From the human T2T-CHM13v2.0 reference genome, Homo sapiens: 64,000 nt of DNA. The notes beneath the pieces were generated by a model that had not been told where the DNA came from, made no database searches, and saw only the letters and a list, made by a program, of their open reading frames with translations. Location: the NCBI RefSeq assembly GCF_009914755.1, contig NC_060928.1. The stretch is one strand, 5' to 3'. Made by a program: the position numbers and the translations under genes. Below are positions 11,900 to 25,957 of this stretch, piece after piece (position 1 is the stretch's first letter; each line of letters begins with the position of its first letter).

Positions 11900-13445
11900 G
11901 TCACTCACTCACACTCATCCTTCCTTCCCAGATACGCTATGGCATTGCCTGAGGAGCCATTCAGAAAATTTTCCAACCCCTCTATAACTTACAGAGCTCT
12001 TCTTTCCAGACATAAATAGGAATTTCAACTGGGCCAAAAGCAGACACTAAATTACCAAAAGATTCATCAAGCATCAAACAACAGAGGAAAATGGTTTGAA
12101 GCTGATTGTAAAAGATTAAGGCAAAAGGTTCCGTCCTGAGGAATTGCTGTTTGAACAGGAAATCAAATGACCTAAGGTGGTGTTGGGGGGAAGGGAGGGA
12201 AGAGGCATAAATAAAGGAAACAGCAAATACCCGATTGCTCTTGTGCCCGTGGAAAATTTTTAGAGAACTCAAGAAAATGAAAATTGAGCTCGCCCCAAAT
12301 ACATCCCAGATGTCCACTTTTGACTTCCAAGAAATGGGAATGCAAAATGGAAAAAATACTTAAAATGAAAATGAATCCATTGGGATATATCCTCCACTAA
12401 TCTGGCACCCAGAATTTACCTTCTCTAATTTTGTTAAGCAAGTAGCAAATGTGGTACTTAAGGAAAAGGTGCCTTCTTCTCTAGCTGTGTCTGTGTCTAT
12501 TTCATTTCTCTCATGGTATTGATGGACCTCAAGGGCAAAAGCCAGAGCCTGTGCTTGTACCAGGCACATTGCTGCTAGTAGGTGTTCAATACATATTTAT
12601 TCATTGACTGAAACATAAGCTCTGAAAATGTAAGGATCTCTATATATACATATTACCTGTTAATAAAACGCACACAAGCATCCAGGTTGTGTAGAGAAAA
12701 GGTTTATGAAGTTACTGGTAATCATAGTAATGGTAAATAAATAGCTCTTTACAGTTTACAAAGCACTTTCATAAACTTTATCTCTTAACTCCTGTAACAG
12801 CCATGTGAAATAGGATTGAGGTTAATTCTCCTGTCCTAGCACCTTTCTGAGAATATCACCAGATGGACTAATTACTCAGCTCATAAAAGAATACATCCAC
12901 TCTAACCCCAGGAATCCTAGATTGAGCTGTGTTAGCAGAAACAAACAGCAGTCAGCTCTGCTTGCACATCCTCAAAAAGACATATAAAATCTGAGCAACA
13001 GCAGCTGTAAACAGCAAAGTCAATTCACCGCCAAAAACAAACTATGGACCTAATTTTTCATATTCCTACTATTGCTGGTTCAGTTCTGGTTTGTGGGGAT
13101 GTTTTGTTGTATTTTGTGTTTCTAATATAATTTTTTAACAGTTTGCACCCTCTCCCCCAAATATCTGACACTGAAAAAGGAAATACTAAAATGGGCTGGG
13201 AAAAGCAGAACTAGAAAATATTTCATGCATCAAACCTATTCTGGCTCAACTTCTTTTAACAAACCCACAGTTTGATGCAAGAAAGTCATGAATAAATCTG
13301 TTTTTACAGTGTTTCTAGACTAATTTTTTCACTTTGAAGGCTTTCAAAAGTAATTTGGGATTGTACCATTTCCTAGATTTTTTTAGACTTTTCATTTAAA
13401 ATAAATGTCAATAATTTATTTTAAAGTACATCAGAATAGGAAGTG

Positions 13446-13447
<2 letters not shown>

Positions 13448-13483
<36 letters not shown>
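13448..13483 (+). repeat. (GT)18 microsatellite
   Basis: Direct observation. Confidence 0.95.
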
Positions 13484-13487
<4 letters not shown>

Positions 13488-13981
13488 CTAAATTAGTTTT
13501 AATCTACCTTATAGGGTAGGTTAGTTAGCCTTTGAAGAATGCTAATCAGAAAATATACACCTTAGGAGTGTTAGTTAACATTTGAAAGATCCTTATCAGA
13601 AGTTCCAACTCCAGAAACTCTACGACAATCACTTCAAATAGCAAATTCTTAATCTATACTATGGAATTTATTAACTTCACATTAGGGATATTTGAAAAAA
13701 TTTCTCACTGTTGAAAGGAGTAGGGATCAAACATGTGGGTTGGTTAGAAATATCACACACGCATCTATCTCCACTAGAGTGTAAATGGAGGATAAGAATC
13801 CAAGGAGCCCAATAGTCTACTTCAGTGGGATACCCTAGCCTAGGTCTCATTTTGAACCTATATTACACCACTTGACAGATGATTCTATTTCCTGATCCAA
13901 CTGGAAAGCTGACTAATTCTACCTCTAAATGGAACATTGCGACACCTGACTGCAGTAAGCCTTTCCTGCAAGGTGCTTTTA

Positions 13982-14329
<348 letters not shown>

Positions 14330-15044
14330 CTAGGGCTTCACTAAGAATACAAGATCAGACCTAGGACTGCTATGGGTTCTGCTTGCTGATAAATGTTGGC
14401 ACTTGGGCAGCAGAATTCATTAAACTTCATGGTAACATATCAGCTGATAGCAACACCCTGGGGGAGAGAAGCAGCCACGGTTTTCATCGACCTCTAATCC
14501 TTGGAGGCAACCAATATTCACCAAGACAACATGACAATTCCAAACCACCATATTGGCTAGGACAGCAAGCAACAGCTCAGCTTGAATTTATACTATCTGG
14601 AATTTGTTGGGAGAGTATAATGTCCTCTACCCATACTGCAGCCCACAGGGAAAAGCATTTTACCTTCTCTCCTTGTATGAGGAAGTTCTGGGGAAGGCAT
14701 TTCTGCCCTTTCTCCACCTCCATCTTCCTACTCACTTTTCCCTAACATGGAAGCAGCTGAACATGGCCAGAGCGTGGACATTCACTGAGTCACATTGCAC
14801 TGTGATAATGGTTAGTGGATATTCTTGACACCCACTCTTGTTCTCTTTCCACATCTTCTTTTACTTCCTTTCTTGGATACAAAAAACTTGCCTGAGCTTT
14901 GCAGCTGCCATGTGGTAGACACACCTGGGAAGACATGGCTGCTGAAGGCAGAGGCTCATCTATCACGTTGGTTTTTCCCACTGGGGCCTTAACTATGGTG
15001 CCCATTAATGTGGCCAGTTACAAAATAGTGTGCTCTCACTCACT

Positions 15045-15063
15045 ATCTCTCGCTCTCTTTCTT

Positions 15064-15101
<38 letters not shown>

Positions 15102-15103
15102 AC
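15045..15103 (+). repeat. (CT)n(CA)n compound microsatellite
   Basis: Direct observation. Confidence 0.9.
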
Positions 15104-15654
15104 CATGAAGGCCTCAAGATTCAGATTCAGATCTAAGCTATGTTCTCCAATGCATGTCACACCAGGTGATGAAAGATGGGTTGTTGGGAGCCTGCCCAAA
15201 TATCACTTAATAAAGCAAGTCTTCATTCATCATTGGCTGTTGATATCTAGGTGTACACTCCACTGGTCAAAAACTCAGAGAAGAGGAACGACATTTGGTA
15301 CCCTGAAACTGAACCTCTACCAGAATGCTCTGTACCCATCAAAATCATTTTGTCTAACAATATTTAATAACATGGTGAAATATTTACAATACAATTGCAA
15401 GTGGAAAAAGCTTCATGCTCAAGAGGCTATGTAGTGTGATTGCAGTTTTGTTTTCTATATGAAAGGATAATGAAAGAAAATATCCCCAAAATGCGTATCT
15501 GCCTATCTCAGAGAGATGTTACCACTGAAGATTTCTATTTTTGATCATTACACTTTCAAAATGCTTTACAATGAACAAAAACATTTATAACTAGTGGGAA
15601 AAAATGTTATTGTAACAATTTAAATATTTGCTCTTGAAAGGGAAGTCTCTGTAA

Positions 15655-16297
15655 CAGTGATGTCCCACAGGAATAGAAGAATGCAAGCCACGCAGGTAAT
15701 TTTAAATTGTCTAGCAGTCATACTTTTTAAAGTCTAAAGAAACAGGTGAAGTTAATTTTAATAATGTATTTTATTTAACCCAATATACCAAAATATTATC
15801 ATTTGAATGTGAGCTCAATATAAAAATTATTCATGAGATATTTTCATTGTTTCTTTTGTACTAAGTCTTTAAAATGTGAGGTACATCCTGGCTGGGCGTG
15901 GTGGCTCACACCTGTAATCCCAGCACTTTGGGAAGCTGAGGCGGGCAGACCACTCGAGGTCAGAAGTTCAAGACCAGCCTGGCCAAAGTAGCAAAACCCC
16001 GTCTCTACTAAAAATACAAAAATTAGCCAGGCTTGGTGGTACATGCCTGTAATCCCAGCTACTCAAAAGTCTGAGGCACAAGAATCGCTTGAACCCAGGA
16101 GGTAGAAGTTGCAGTGAGCTGACAACAGGCCATTACACTCCAGCCTGGGAGACACAGCAAGACTCGTCTCAAAAAAAAAAAAAAAAAAAAAATGAGGTAC
16201 ACCTTACACTTAAAGAATTAGCTACATTTTAGAGTGGCTATGTTTCAAGGGTTTCATAGCCACGTGCAGCCAGTGGCTTCTAGAGTGGACAGCACAG
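15655..16297 (+). mobile_element. MER33 interrupted by an Alu
   Basis: AAACAGGTGAAGTTAATTTTAATAATGTATTTTATTTAACCCAATAT... and end GTGGACAGCACAG. Confidence 0.8.
15890..16192 (+). mobile_element. AluS, full length
   Basis: Both arms, A22 tail, degenerate TSD AAAAT(GT)GAGGTACA(T)CCT. Confidence 0.95.
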
Positions 16298-16779
16298 TTC
16301 TGTACACTAGCACTGAAGAATCAATTTAGAAAGCATGATGCCAGGAGAGTGGAGGGAGATCTCCCCCTAGTGTGCTTTAGACCTTGACATCCTACCACAG
16401 TCATATGTTAAAGTTGGGACTGTAAAGGCCCCTGTTAGAAAGTAAATATACACCCTTTATTCATCCATTGTTCACTGAGTCGTCATCATAGGTCAGGCGC
16501 TTGGCTGGATGCTAAGGATAACGTCATGAAGGGACCCCTGCCCTCCTGGTAACCCACTGTCCAGTGGGAGCAATGGCCCATAAATAGACTGTGGCTTTGA
16601 TGGAGCACAGAATTCCTGCAAAACGAGACACTGGAGCCAGTCCTGAAGATGAGTTGAGGTCTTGGCGGAGGCGACAGAATGGGTAATGGGCACAGGTGTG
16701 TAAAGGAGCACGCCTCTCAGGGAATGAGGTGGGCTGTGGTGTCTGCGTCACAGGCTATATTGGGAGTACTGGTGGGAGC

Positions 16780-17135
16780 TTGGAGTAAAGAGAGGGCAGA
16801 AGCCATGGGGTGAAGAATAAACTGGAGAGACAGACTCCTGGTGTTTTAGAAAGGGCATTTCGGCTGCTACATGGAGGATGTATTGGAGCCATAGAGTGAC
16901 TGGAGGAGTGAGGTCCAGCTAGGAGAAGAGAACTATGTCCACATGAGAGCCAAAGGTGCCGAACCACACAGTGTAGTAGGGAATGGGGATGAGTGAACAG
17001 AAGTAAAATCAACAAAACTTCGCAAGCAACAAGAGGTAGGGTGTGAGAGAGAAGGGAGAAGGTTTTAGTAACGCTTCATTTCTAGTGCCCTAGTCTGGCT
17101 AAGTGGGTGAACAGTCGTGTCCATAAACAATGGAA
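16780..17135 (-). mobile_element. L2 internal fragment
   Basis: Purine-rich L2-antisense texture (GGCAGAAGCCATGGGG...CTGGCTAAGTGGGTGAACAGT). Confidence 0.45.
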
Positions 17136-17349
17136 GCCTTGCTATCTGCATAGAGGAGGCTAAGTAATCACTGGGGACCAGCAACCCCAGCCTGGCACCT
17201 TGATCCAGCCCAACGATGAGGCTTGAGCTTGAATCTCTCTTCCTAACTGTCCAGTTGCCCTGTCTAGGGCCCTGTGCTTCTCCAGGCTGGGGCCCTACCT
17301 TACTCCTTGCTTTGATCTCCTTGGAGATCTCCTGGGGATAGTCACTGTC

Positions 17350-18195
17350 CTGGTGCCCCTGTCCTATTTGAACAGAACCACAACTGCCATTCTGCTAGTC
17401 AGCCTTCCCGCATTTTCTCTCCTACCAGGAGATGGGGCTCATTTTCAGTCATTCTTCTTAAATATTTTTCTTTTCAAATTTAATGTCGGGCTGGCTCAAA
17501 AAAGTAATTTTAGCAATACCAAAGCATTCATATTTTCCTTCTAGTGCCAAAATTATATTTCTTGCAAATAATTCCTTTTACTAAGTATAAATGTCCAGCA
17601 TACAGCAAAAAGTGTTAGTCACATTTATTCACATTTCTAGAATAATTGGTAGTTTTCAAGGCACTTTCATGATTTCTCACTGCTCTAAAGGCAAGGTCCC
17701 AATTCCTGCCTTGATATGCCGGGCTCTTGGTGCCTGGAGCCCTCCCTACCTCATTGCCCCATTTCCCTCCATCCTGCCTCAGACTCTGCTTTCCATTCAG
17801 ACCCATGGCTCCGACCTGCACCGTGCTCTCTTCCCCTTGCCTCTGACTGCACCTGTGCATAGGCTGTATCTTCCATCTGGAAAGCCTCTCCCCACCTTTC
17901 ACACCCTGTTCTTTTCTTTACTGCCAGCATCTCCTCCAGGAACACTTTCCAGCCCAGCCCAGCCTGACCCCAGGCTAAGATTGGTACCCTCCTGACTTGG
18001 GGTCTCATAGCAAATTTACTCATTTTTTCCTGCCCCTGGCCACACTACTGCCCAGTCCCACACTGGACTGTAGGGCCTGCCTGCCTCCCTGCCACTAGAG
18101 TATGAGCAACTTGTGGGCACATTCTGTGTCTTTTTCATCCTTTTCAGTTTTCTCCTTGCAGAGTCTAGAGCACAAGATGGATAAGTAGTACAGTA
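17350..18195 (+). mobile_element. L2 3' region (fragmented)
   Basis: Pyrimidine-rich L2 body ending CCACTAGAGTATGAGCAACTTG...TCTAGAGCACAAG. Confidence 0.6.
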
Positions 18196-18213
18196 TCTTA
18201 TTCTTACTCCTGG

Positions 18214-18612
18214 CAATAGGGTTTGGTTCTGTGTCCCCAACCAAATCTCATGTTGAATTGTGATCCCAAGTACTGGAGGTGGGGCCTGGTGGGAGATGAT
18301 TGGATCACAAGGGTGGTTTCTAGTGGTTTAGCACCATTCCCCTAGTGCTGTCTTGTGAGTAAGTTCTCATGAGATCTGGTTGTTTGAAAGTATGTAGCAC
18401 CTCCCCATTCTCTCTCTCTTCCTCCCGCTCCAGCCATGTAGGATGTGCCGGCTTACCCTTTGCTTTCTGCCATGATTGTTAAGTTTCCTGAGGCCTACCT
18501 GGCCTTGCTTCTTGTACACCCTGTGTAACTGTGAGTCAATTAAACCTCTTTTCTTTATAAATTACCCAGTCTCAGATAGTTCTCTATAGCAATGTGAGAA
18601 CAGACTAATACA
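18214..18612 (+). mobile_element. MST (MSTB-like) MaLR solo LTR
   Basis: GGTTTGGTTCTGTGTCCCC..CAAATCTCATGTTGAATTG...CAATTAAACCTC...GACTAATACA; 5-bp TSD CCTGG/CTTGG. Confidence 0.9.
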
Positions 18613-18614
18613 CT

Positions 18615-19116
18615 TGGTAACAGGGGTGAACAGGGGCCTCAAAAAGCTATGTCCAAGTCCTAAGCCTCCCCACCTCCACCCACCCCACCCCCATTCAGTA
18701 TCTGTGAATGTGACCTTATTTGGAAATAGGATTTTGCAGGTGTAATTAAGGATCTCGGCATGTGATCATGCTGGATTTATAACAGGCTCTAAATTCAAGG
18801 ATGGTGAGAGAAAGGAACAGGGACCTTTCAGACACACAGACACAGACAGACACACGGGGATAAAGCCTTGTGCAGACAGAGGCAGAGACTGGAGCGATCC
18901 GTCCACAAGCCAAGGATCACTAAGGATGGTCAGAGCCGCCGGAAGCTAAGAGAGAGGCAAGGACGGACTCTTCCCCGGAACCACCTGGGGGACCACCCCT
19001 GCTGACTTCTTGCTTTCAGACTTCTGGTCCCCAGAATTGTAAGAGAATAAATTTCTCTTGTTTTCAGCCACCATGTTTGCGGTAATCAGTTACAGCAGCT
19101 CTAGGAAACAGAAATA
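18615..19116 (+). mobile_element. MLT1C-like MaLR LTR
   Basis: TGTGAATGTGACCTTATTTGGAAATAGG...GAGAATAAATTTCT...CAGCAGCTCTAGGAAAC. Confidence 0.85.
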
Positions 19117-20814
19117 AGGGGATCACTGTGAAGTGCAATATGAACACACATATGATGCCTATATACCTGAGTCAAAGTATTTTCTGTTTATGATTTGGTT
19201 TCCTTTTGGAAATCCCCTTAAATGTCTAAACTGCTTCACCACCACCCCTCAAGTAAGTGCCCCCTTCCCAGCCTCACCCCCAAGCGGGGTAAATCACCCA
19301 ATGTGGTCTAGTCAGCATTCTACTGGCCTAAGCCAGCTCATGCTCTTGACTTGGCTGCCCTGTTTCTCCCACTTTCCCCTTATCTGTTACATCCCACTCC
19401 CCAGCGTGGAGTCCAGTTGGATTCCATGACTTTGTGTAGCCTCTGCATCTGTGACACCTGTTCCTTCACTCCCAGTCCTCTCGACCTGCAAGTTCCTCCT
19501 TTCTTCCACATCCAACCCCAGGAGCAGCTCTTGCAAGTTCCAGGATGCCCCCACCCCCAATCCTGATCTCACTGCCCTCCCAAGTAGGTCCTCTTAAGAG
19601 CCCAACTCCCAGCACAGAGCATCTGTGAGCATGTCATGAGTAAACACATTTTCCTGCACAATCAATACACTGATGATGGTGTTGTTAATTTCGAGCAGTA
19701 GTAATTAAAGAAGGAGGACCTTTTCTTGTCTATCTACAACACATTTTCAGGTTTGAAATCACACATGTTATCTTTAACAAACCCATTTCTCCTCAAGACA
19801 TTTTCTTACTTACTTCATCAGACACTTGAGAGCTATCCGAATAAAAATGAAAATATGCTGGCCTCCAGGAATGGTATCTTTCCTGATACCTAATTAAAGC
19901 AAAAGTCAATATCTAGTCCCACCATAACTGATTTGCTAATTGTGCTGAGGTAGGTAATATTCTTACTCTTTAAGTCAACTACCACCCATCTCTACCCTGA
20001 AAAAAATTATTAGATTTTTTGCAGTGAAAGCAAACCAAATGAAGGCATTTCACATTCCTGGGACACTGCAGGTATTTTTATTATTAGGAATGTGTCTATG
20101 CAAAATAAGAGGCATGCCAATTAGCAACATGATTAGTTTTCTCCATGACGGGGGGAAAGGCACCATTGAGAACTCCATAGTTTATTGTTGTAATTTTGAC
20201 ACAACTCAGTAGTTTTCCAGAAGGTCAGAGGGCCTGAGGCAGATGGTGGGCTTCCTCTGATTCACCACAGTGACGTCCTTCCTGGCCAGGCCCCGAGCCC
20301 TGGTTCAGGCCATTTTTATCTTCCCTCCTGCGACTGCCAAAGCCTCACGCCCGGCCAGCCTGCCACTTCCCACAGCCTCTCCGTCCATCCGCCTAGAGAT
20401 GCAGAGCCACCTCTCACATAGCTGATGATGTCACTGTCATGTTTAAAACTTTCCTCTCACCTTTGCCTTGGGGATAAAATCTGAACCCCAAGACCCATTC
20501 TCTCTGAGTCACATCCGCCTCACACGCTCTCTGGCAGCAAGAGACACCTGAACTCAAACCACATCAAAGTAATTTGTGTTTCCAGCTCATTTCACTCAGA
20601 GCCAATTTGCAGCATTTCATAAATGAAGGGGTTTTCTTGTTGTTCATTATGCCTATAGCCCTCTGTTTTATTTACTCTTGAACACTTCGGTCACTTTGCC
20701 TTTGCATTTTGTTATAATGTAACCTACTTGTTTAATTTGTTTTATTGTTTTTAAAATCCTGAAAAGACTAAACAATAATAAGCCCCTGAAAAGTGTGCAA
20801 AAACACACACACAC

Positions 20815-20995
20815 AAAGGTGTACTGATGGTATTGTGGTTATGGGGTAGATTGTCCTTATTCATAGGAGACCTTTGCTGGAATTTTGGGCTGAGGTGTCA
20901 TCATGTCTGCAGTTTACAAATGTTCAGCTAAAAGAAAAACTGAGTGTGAGAGAGTGAGACAATGTGGAAATTTTTCAAAATAAAAAGTTGGGGGG
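20815..20995 (+). mobile_element. L1MC-type 3' end
   Basis: GATGGTATTGTGGTTATG...GTGTCATCATGTCTGCA...TTTTTCAAAATAAAAAGTTGGGGG. Confidence 0.55.
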
Positions 20996-21296
20996 AATGG
21001 GGAAAGTGAATTGAATTTTAAGTAAATTCATCATTCAACAATTTGATCCTACATGAGCCAGCCTTTGGGAAGCAATGACTTTTAGCACCCTTGCCTCCTT
21101 ATTCCACTCCCTCTGCCTGAATCCCTTGGTAAATCTAAGGCCCCAGTCCAAATACCTCCATGATCTTTCACTTGCTCTTTGCAGGCCAATCTAATCTCTC
21201 CCTCCTTTACAGTAATATTCTATCGTCCATACTCTTCATTCCTACAATGTTAATATTGCATTTTGGGTTGCTGTCAGCTTCCCGTGAGCAATTTGA

Positions 21297-21705
<409 letters not shown>

Positions 21706-22542
21706 TTCTTTTATCCACTAGGGTACTTGAGAAAATGAGGCAATATGAATTGAAACTGGGCCCACAAAAGCTCACACTTAGAGAGCCTGAGAATTCAGGG
21801 CTCTGCAAGTAAGAGAAATGGGGTGTAGCAACTAAATGAGTTTTTCCAGAGAACTATCCCAGAAAACAGAGACTGGGGAAATGGTCTTTCTTTGGTGGGG
21901 GGTGTACTGATGCTGCTAGCTGAGGAAAATGCCTGGCCGCCCCAGCCATGGGACCAGCCTCAGTCTTACTTGTCCAGATGTGCTGGTTTCAGCCTAATCC
22001 ATCCCAGGCAATTCATTAAGCATCCCTTGAGGAGCTGGCTTCTAGTCTTTTCTTTTCTGTGGATCCACTAGATTTGCAGGGGCTCACGCAAAGTTTCATC
22101 CACAGGTTACGGCAGATCCATGACAAAGAACAGAGCTTTTGTGGCCAAGAATGTTTGCAGCCCTGAAATGCAAGAAGGTGTGACAATCTGGTGAAGCCCA
22201 AGGGAGGGCATTTTATAGCCATCTCACCTTGGACCGTCCACTCAACTACTTTGTTTCACGCCATCTTTACACCTATTGCACCTATTATGCCCTTTAATGA
22301 CATCCTTTCTTGGTTGTTGAACCTCAACACATCATAATTCAGAACACTTTCAATCCTAAATTGGCCTTTACAAAGCATTTCTAAATTCCAGAGTATCTTT
22401 TTTTATTATACAGCATATTAATGTGTATATCATCTCCCATCTCTTCAGAATTATTATCTGACTCCAAACTCTTACACTATTTTTTTAAATGCAAGGGTTT
22501 TTGGAACTGGGTCATCATCTAGATTCCTACTAAGCCTTTCTT

Positions 22543-22835
22543 TTTTTATTTTTTAATTTTATTTTAAGTTCCAGGATACATGTGTAGGACGTGCAGGTTT
22601 GTAACAGATAAACGTGTGTCATGGTGGTTTGCGGCACCTATCAACCCATCACCTTAGGTTATATTAAGCCCCGCATGCATTAGCTATTTATTCTGATGCT
22701 CTCCCTTCCCCCACTCCCCACACCTGACAGGCCCCAGTGTGTGTTGTTCCCCTCCCTGTGTCCATGTGCTCTCATTGTTCAGCTCCTACTTATAAGTGAG
22801 AACATGCAGTGTTTGGTTTTCTGTACCTGCATTAG
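22543..22835 (-). mobile_element. 5'-truncated L1PA (about PA8-13) 3' UTR
   Basis: TTTAAGTTCCAGGATACATGTG...GTGAGAACATGCAGTGTTTGGTTTTCTG; TSD ACTAAGCCTTTCTT/ACTAAACCCTTCTT. Confidence 0.9.
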
Positions 22836-23070
22836 ACTAAACCCTTCTTCTTGCTACCTCCACCCAGTACCTTGAAGGATGGCATGGAGGAATGGAAAGA
22901 CCAGAGACTATGTGACCTTTCTAAATACCCAGCATCTCTCTAAACTTGAGATCCTTCAGCTCTAATTAAATAACAGCAATTGTGCCAAACTCAGAAGACT
23001 GCCTTAAGTAGTAAACAATGTAATAAATACAGTATCTACTGCATGTAGCAATAGATGCTGGAAAGATAAC

Positions 23071-23572
23071 TGTATTAGTCAGGGTTCTTCAGAGAAACAG
23101 AATCAATCAGACAGAAGAAGAGAAAAAGAAAGAGATGTGTTAGATGCTATTATCCCACATGATTATGGAGGCTGAGAAGTCTTACAACCTGCCACTGGCA
23201 AGCTGAAAACTCAGGAAAGCTGATGATGTCATTCAAAGACCTGAGAGCCAGAGAGTCCGTGGTGCAGATTACAGTCCAGGTCCAAAGGCCTGAGAACCAG
23301 GAGAACCAAGGGCAGAAGAAAATCAATGTCCAAACTTGACTAGTCAGGCAGAGAAAAAATTTAACCTTCCTCTACCTTTTTGTTCTATTCAGGCTCTCAA
23401 TGGATTGGATCTTGCCCACTCACACTGGGGAGGGCAATTTACTTTACTGAGTCCGTGAATTTAGATGGTAATCTCTTCGAGAAACACCTCAACCTGACAC
23501 ACCCAGAATAAAGTTTAATCAGCTATCTGGGTATCCCTTGGCCCAGTCAAGTTGGCACAATTAACCATCACA
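23071..23572 (-). mobile_element. MLT2 (ERVL) solo LTR
   Basis: TGTATTAGTCAGGGTTCT.CAGAGAAACAGAA...CCCAGTCAAGTTG...ATTAACCATCACA. Confidence 0.88.
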
Positions 23573-24020
23573 ATGCCAGTTCCTTTCCTATTCTAACAAT
23601 AGTAAGTGCTGGTATTTACTGAGCCCTTACTCTGTGCTTTATATGTGGTAAATCTTTAATCTTAGGAGAAACCCCATGAAATAGGTTTTAATTTACAGGG
23701 GAAACTTAGGGGGAAAGGAAGTCAAAAGTGGCAAAGCCAAACACTGAAAAGCTACATGCTGGAGAAACGGCTGAGGCAGCTCCACTGCAAAGGGAAAACT
23801 TTTAGCAACTACATGTGAACTCATTTTCAAAAGTTCCTAAGAGATACTGTGAAGTCATGAAAATAGCAATAGATGAGAAGTCCAAAGCCTGGGCTCCTGT
23901 CCAGGCTCCATCAATTCCTAGTTTTGTGATTGTCGTGGGGTGCCCTCCACAGGCCCAAACAGCATATGAGATTGTATGGTTTTCTTCCTCTTTGGAATAG
24001 ATGGGTTTGCTAGACAGTTA

Positions 24021-24365
<345 letters not shown>

Positions 24366-24869
24366 GAAAGCAAAGAATGCCAGTGTCCCTGTGTCCCTTC
24401 CTAAAAGACAGGCTACACATCTGTGGTGAGAGAGAAAAATAAATAACATCTGCAAATTTCCTGCCTAAAAATCCCCTTTGTTTGGAAATTCAGCTTGCTT
24501 ACATATATCCTCAGAAAGGCAAATTTTAAGTTCCAATCAGCGGTCATGGTTCACAATTTATGATCCTAGGGAAATTTTTGAAAGGCAGCTGTACATCCCC
24601 TTCCTTTGTAGGACAGACATCCCTTCCCTTTGTAGGACCCTTCAAGGTCCTGACTGTAAGTTTTAGTCAAGATCCCACTGATGCCCCCCTCCCCAACCCT
24701 ACACTATGGAACAAAACTAAGGCTCCAGATCAATTGAGATGGGAAGATGATATCCCACCTCAAGCAGGAGGTAGTAACTAGATATTGTCCAATGTTGTCT
24801 GCATAAAACCCTTTGATCAGCCTCTGTCCCATGGCCATCGAAATAATTAAGATCTAATGCAGAGAAGAA

Positions 24870-25310
24870 AGATTTGCACTAGGTTTGGCAGGCCCTGGAA
24901 CACTGGTCTTAGCTGAGTTGAGTCATTTAAGTTCACCAAGACTCGAATTTCTATCCAAAAACATGACAATAATAACATCTATCCTGACTCTTTCAAGAGC
25001 CACTGTGGAGATTAAATTTGGGAGGCAGATCAGCCTCATGGTTAAGAGGTCAGATCCAGAGTTAGACAGCCTGGGTTCAAATCCCATCTCCAATACCTAC
25101 TAGCTGTATAACCTTGGGCAAGCAATGCATTCACTCATTTAACTTATCTGTGCTTCAGATTCCTTATTTGTAAAGCAGGGAAAAGCGAAGATCCTATGTC
25201 ATAAGGTTGTTGTGAGGATTCAGTGGGCTAATATGTGCAAAGCATTTAAAAGTGTTTGCCATTATGTGTTAGGAGTTAGTGCTCATATAAGTGGTAGCCA
25301 TCATTATGGG
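24870..25310 (+). mobile_element. Adjacent MIR copies
   Basis: GGTTAAGAG...CCTGGGTTCAAATCCC...CTAGCTGTATAACCTTGGGCAAG...GGTTGTTGTGAGGATT. Confidence 0.8.
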
Positions 25311-25586
25311 AAAGCATTTTAAAAGCCAGAACTGTCACTCTAAGATACCTCTGTGGAATGAGCCTTACCCAAAAGCTTTCTGTGAATTTTCAAACAATAA
25401 GGGCCTGGAAGCTTGCTTTTGACTACTTTGAAATATTCCCTGCCCAATCACCAAGTCAGAACTGCAGCATCTATATTTCCTGAAACTTAAAGGAATGTTG
25501 TTGAAGTCCTGTACGGTCCCATCCTGCTTTCTGCCATCCCAAAGCATCAACTTTAATTCAACTAGAGAAGATGGTCATTTCCTGAA

Positions 25587-25957
25587 TGATATGGTTTGGA
25601 TTTGTGTCCCTGCCCAAATCTCACATGGAATTGGTGGAGGGGCCTGGTGGGAGGTGATTGGATCTTGAAGGCAGATTTGCCCCTTGCTGTTCTCATGATA
25701 GTGAGTGAGTGAGTTCTCATGAGATCTGATGGTTTAGAAATGTGTGGCACTTCCCCCTTCTCTCTCTCTTTCTCCCGCTGCCATGAGAAGGTGCTTGCAT
25801 CCCCTTCACCTTCCACCATGATTGTTAAGTTTTCTGAAGCCTCCCAGTCATGCTTCCTGTTAAGCCTGTGGAACTGTGAGTCAATTAAACCTCTTTTCTT
25901 CATAAATCACCCAGTCTCAGGGAGTTCTTCATAGCAGTGTGAGAATGGACTAATACA
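25587..25957 (+). mobile_element. MSTA-like MaLR solo LTR
   Basis: TGATATGGTTTGGATTTGTGTCCC...GGACTAATACA; TSD CTGAA/CTGAG. Confidence 0.92.

Noticed and set aside
24593-24638. 24-bp-period duplication ACATCCC..CTTTGTAGGAC
   Set aside because: An ordinary slippage-scale duplication with no further structure.
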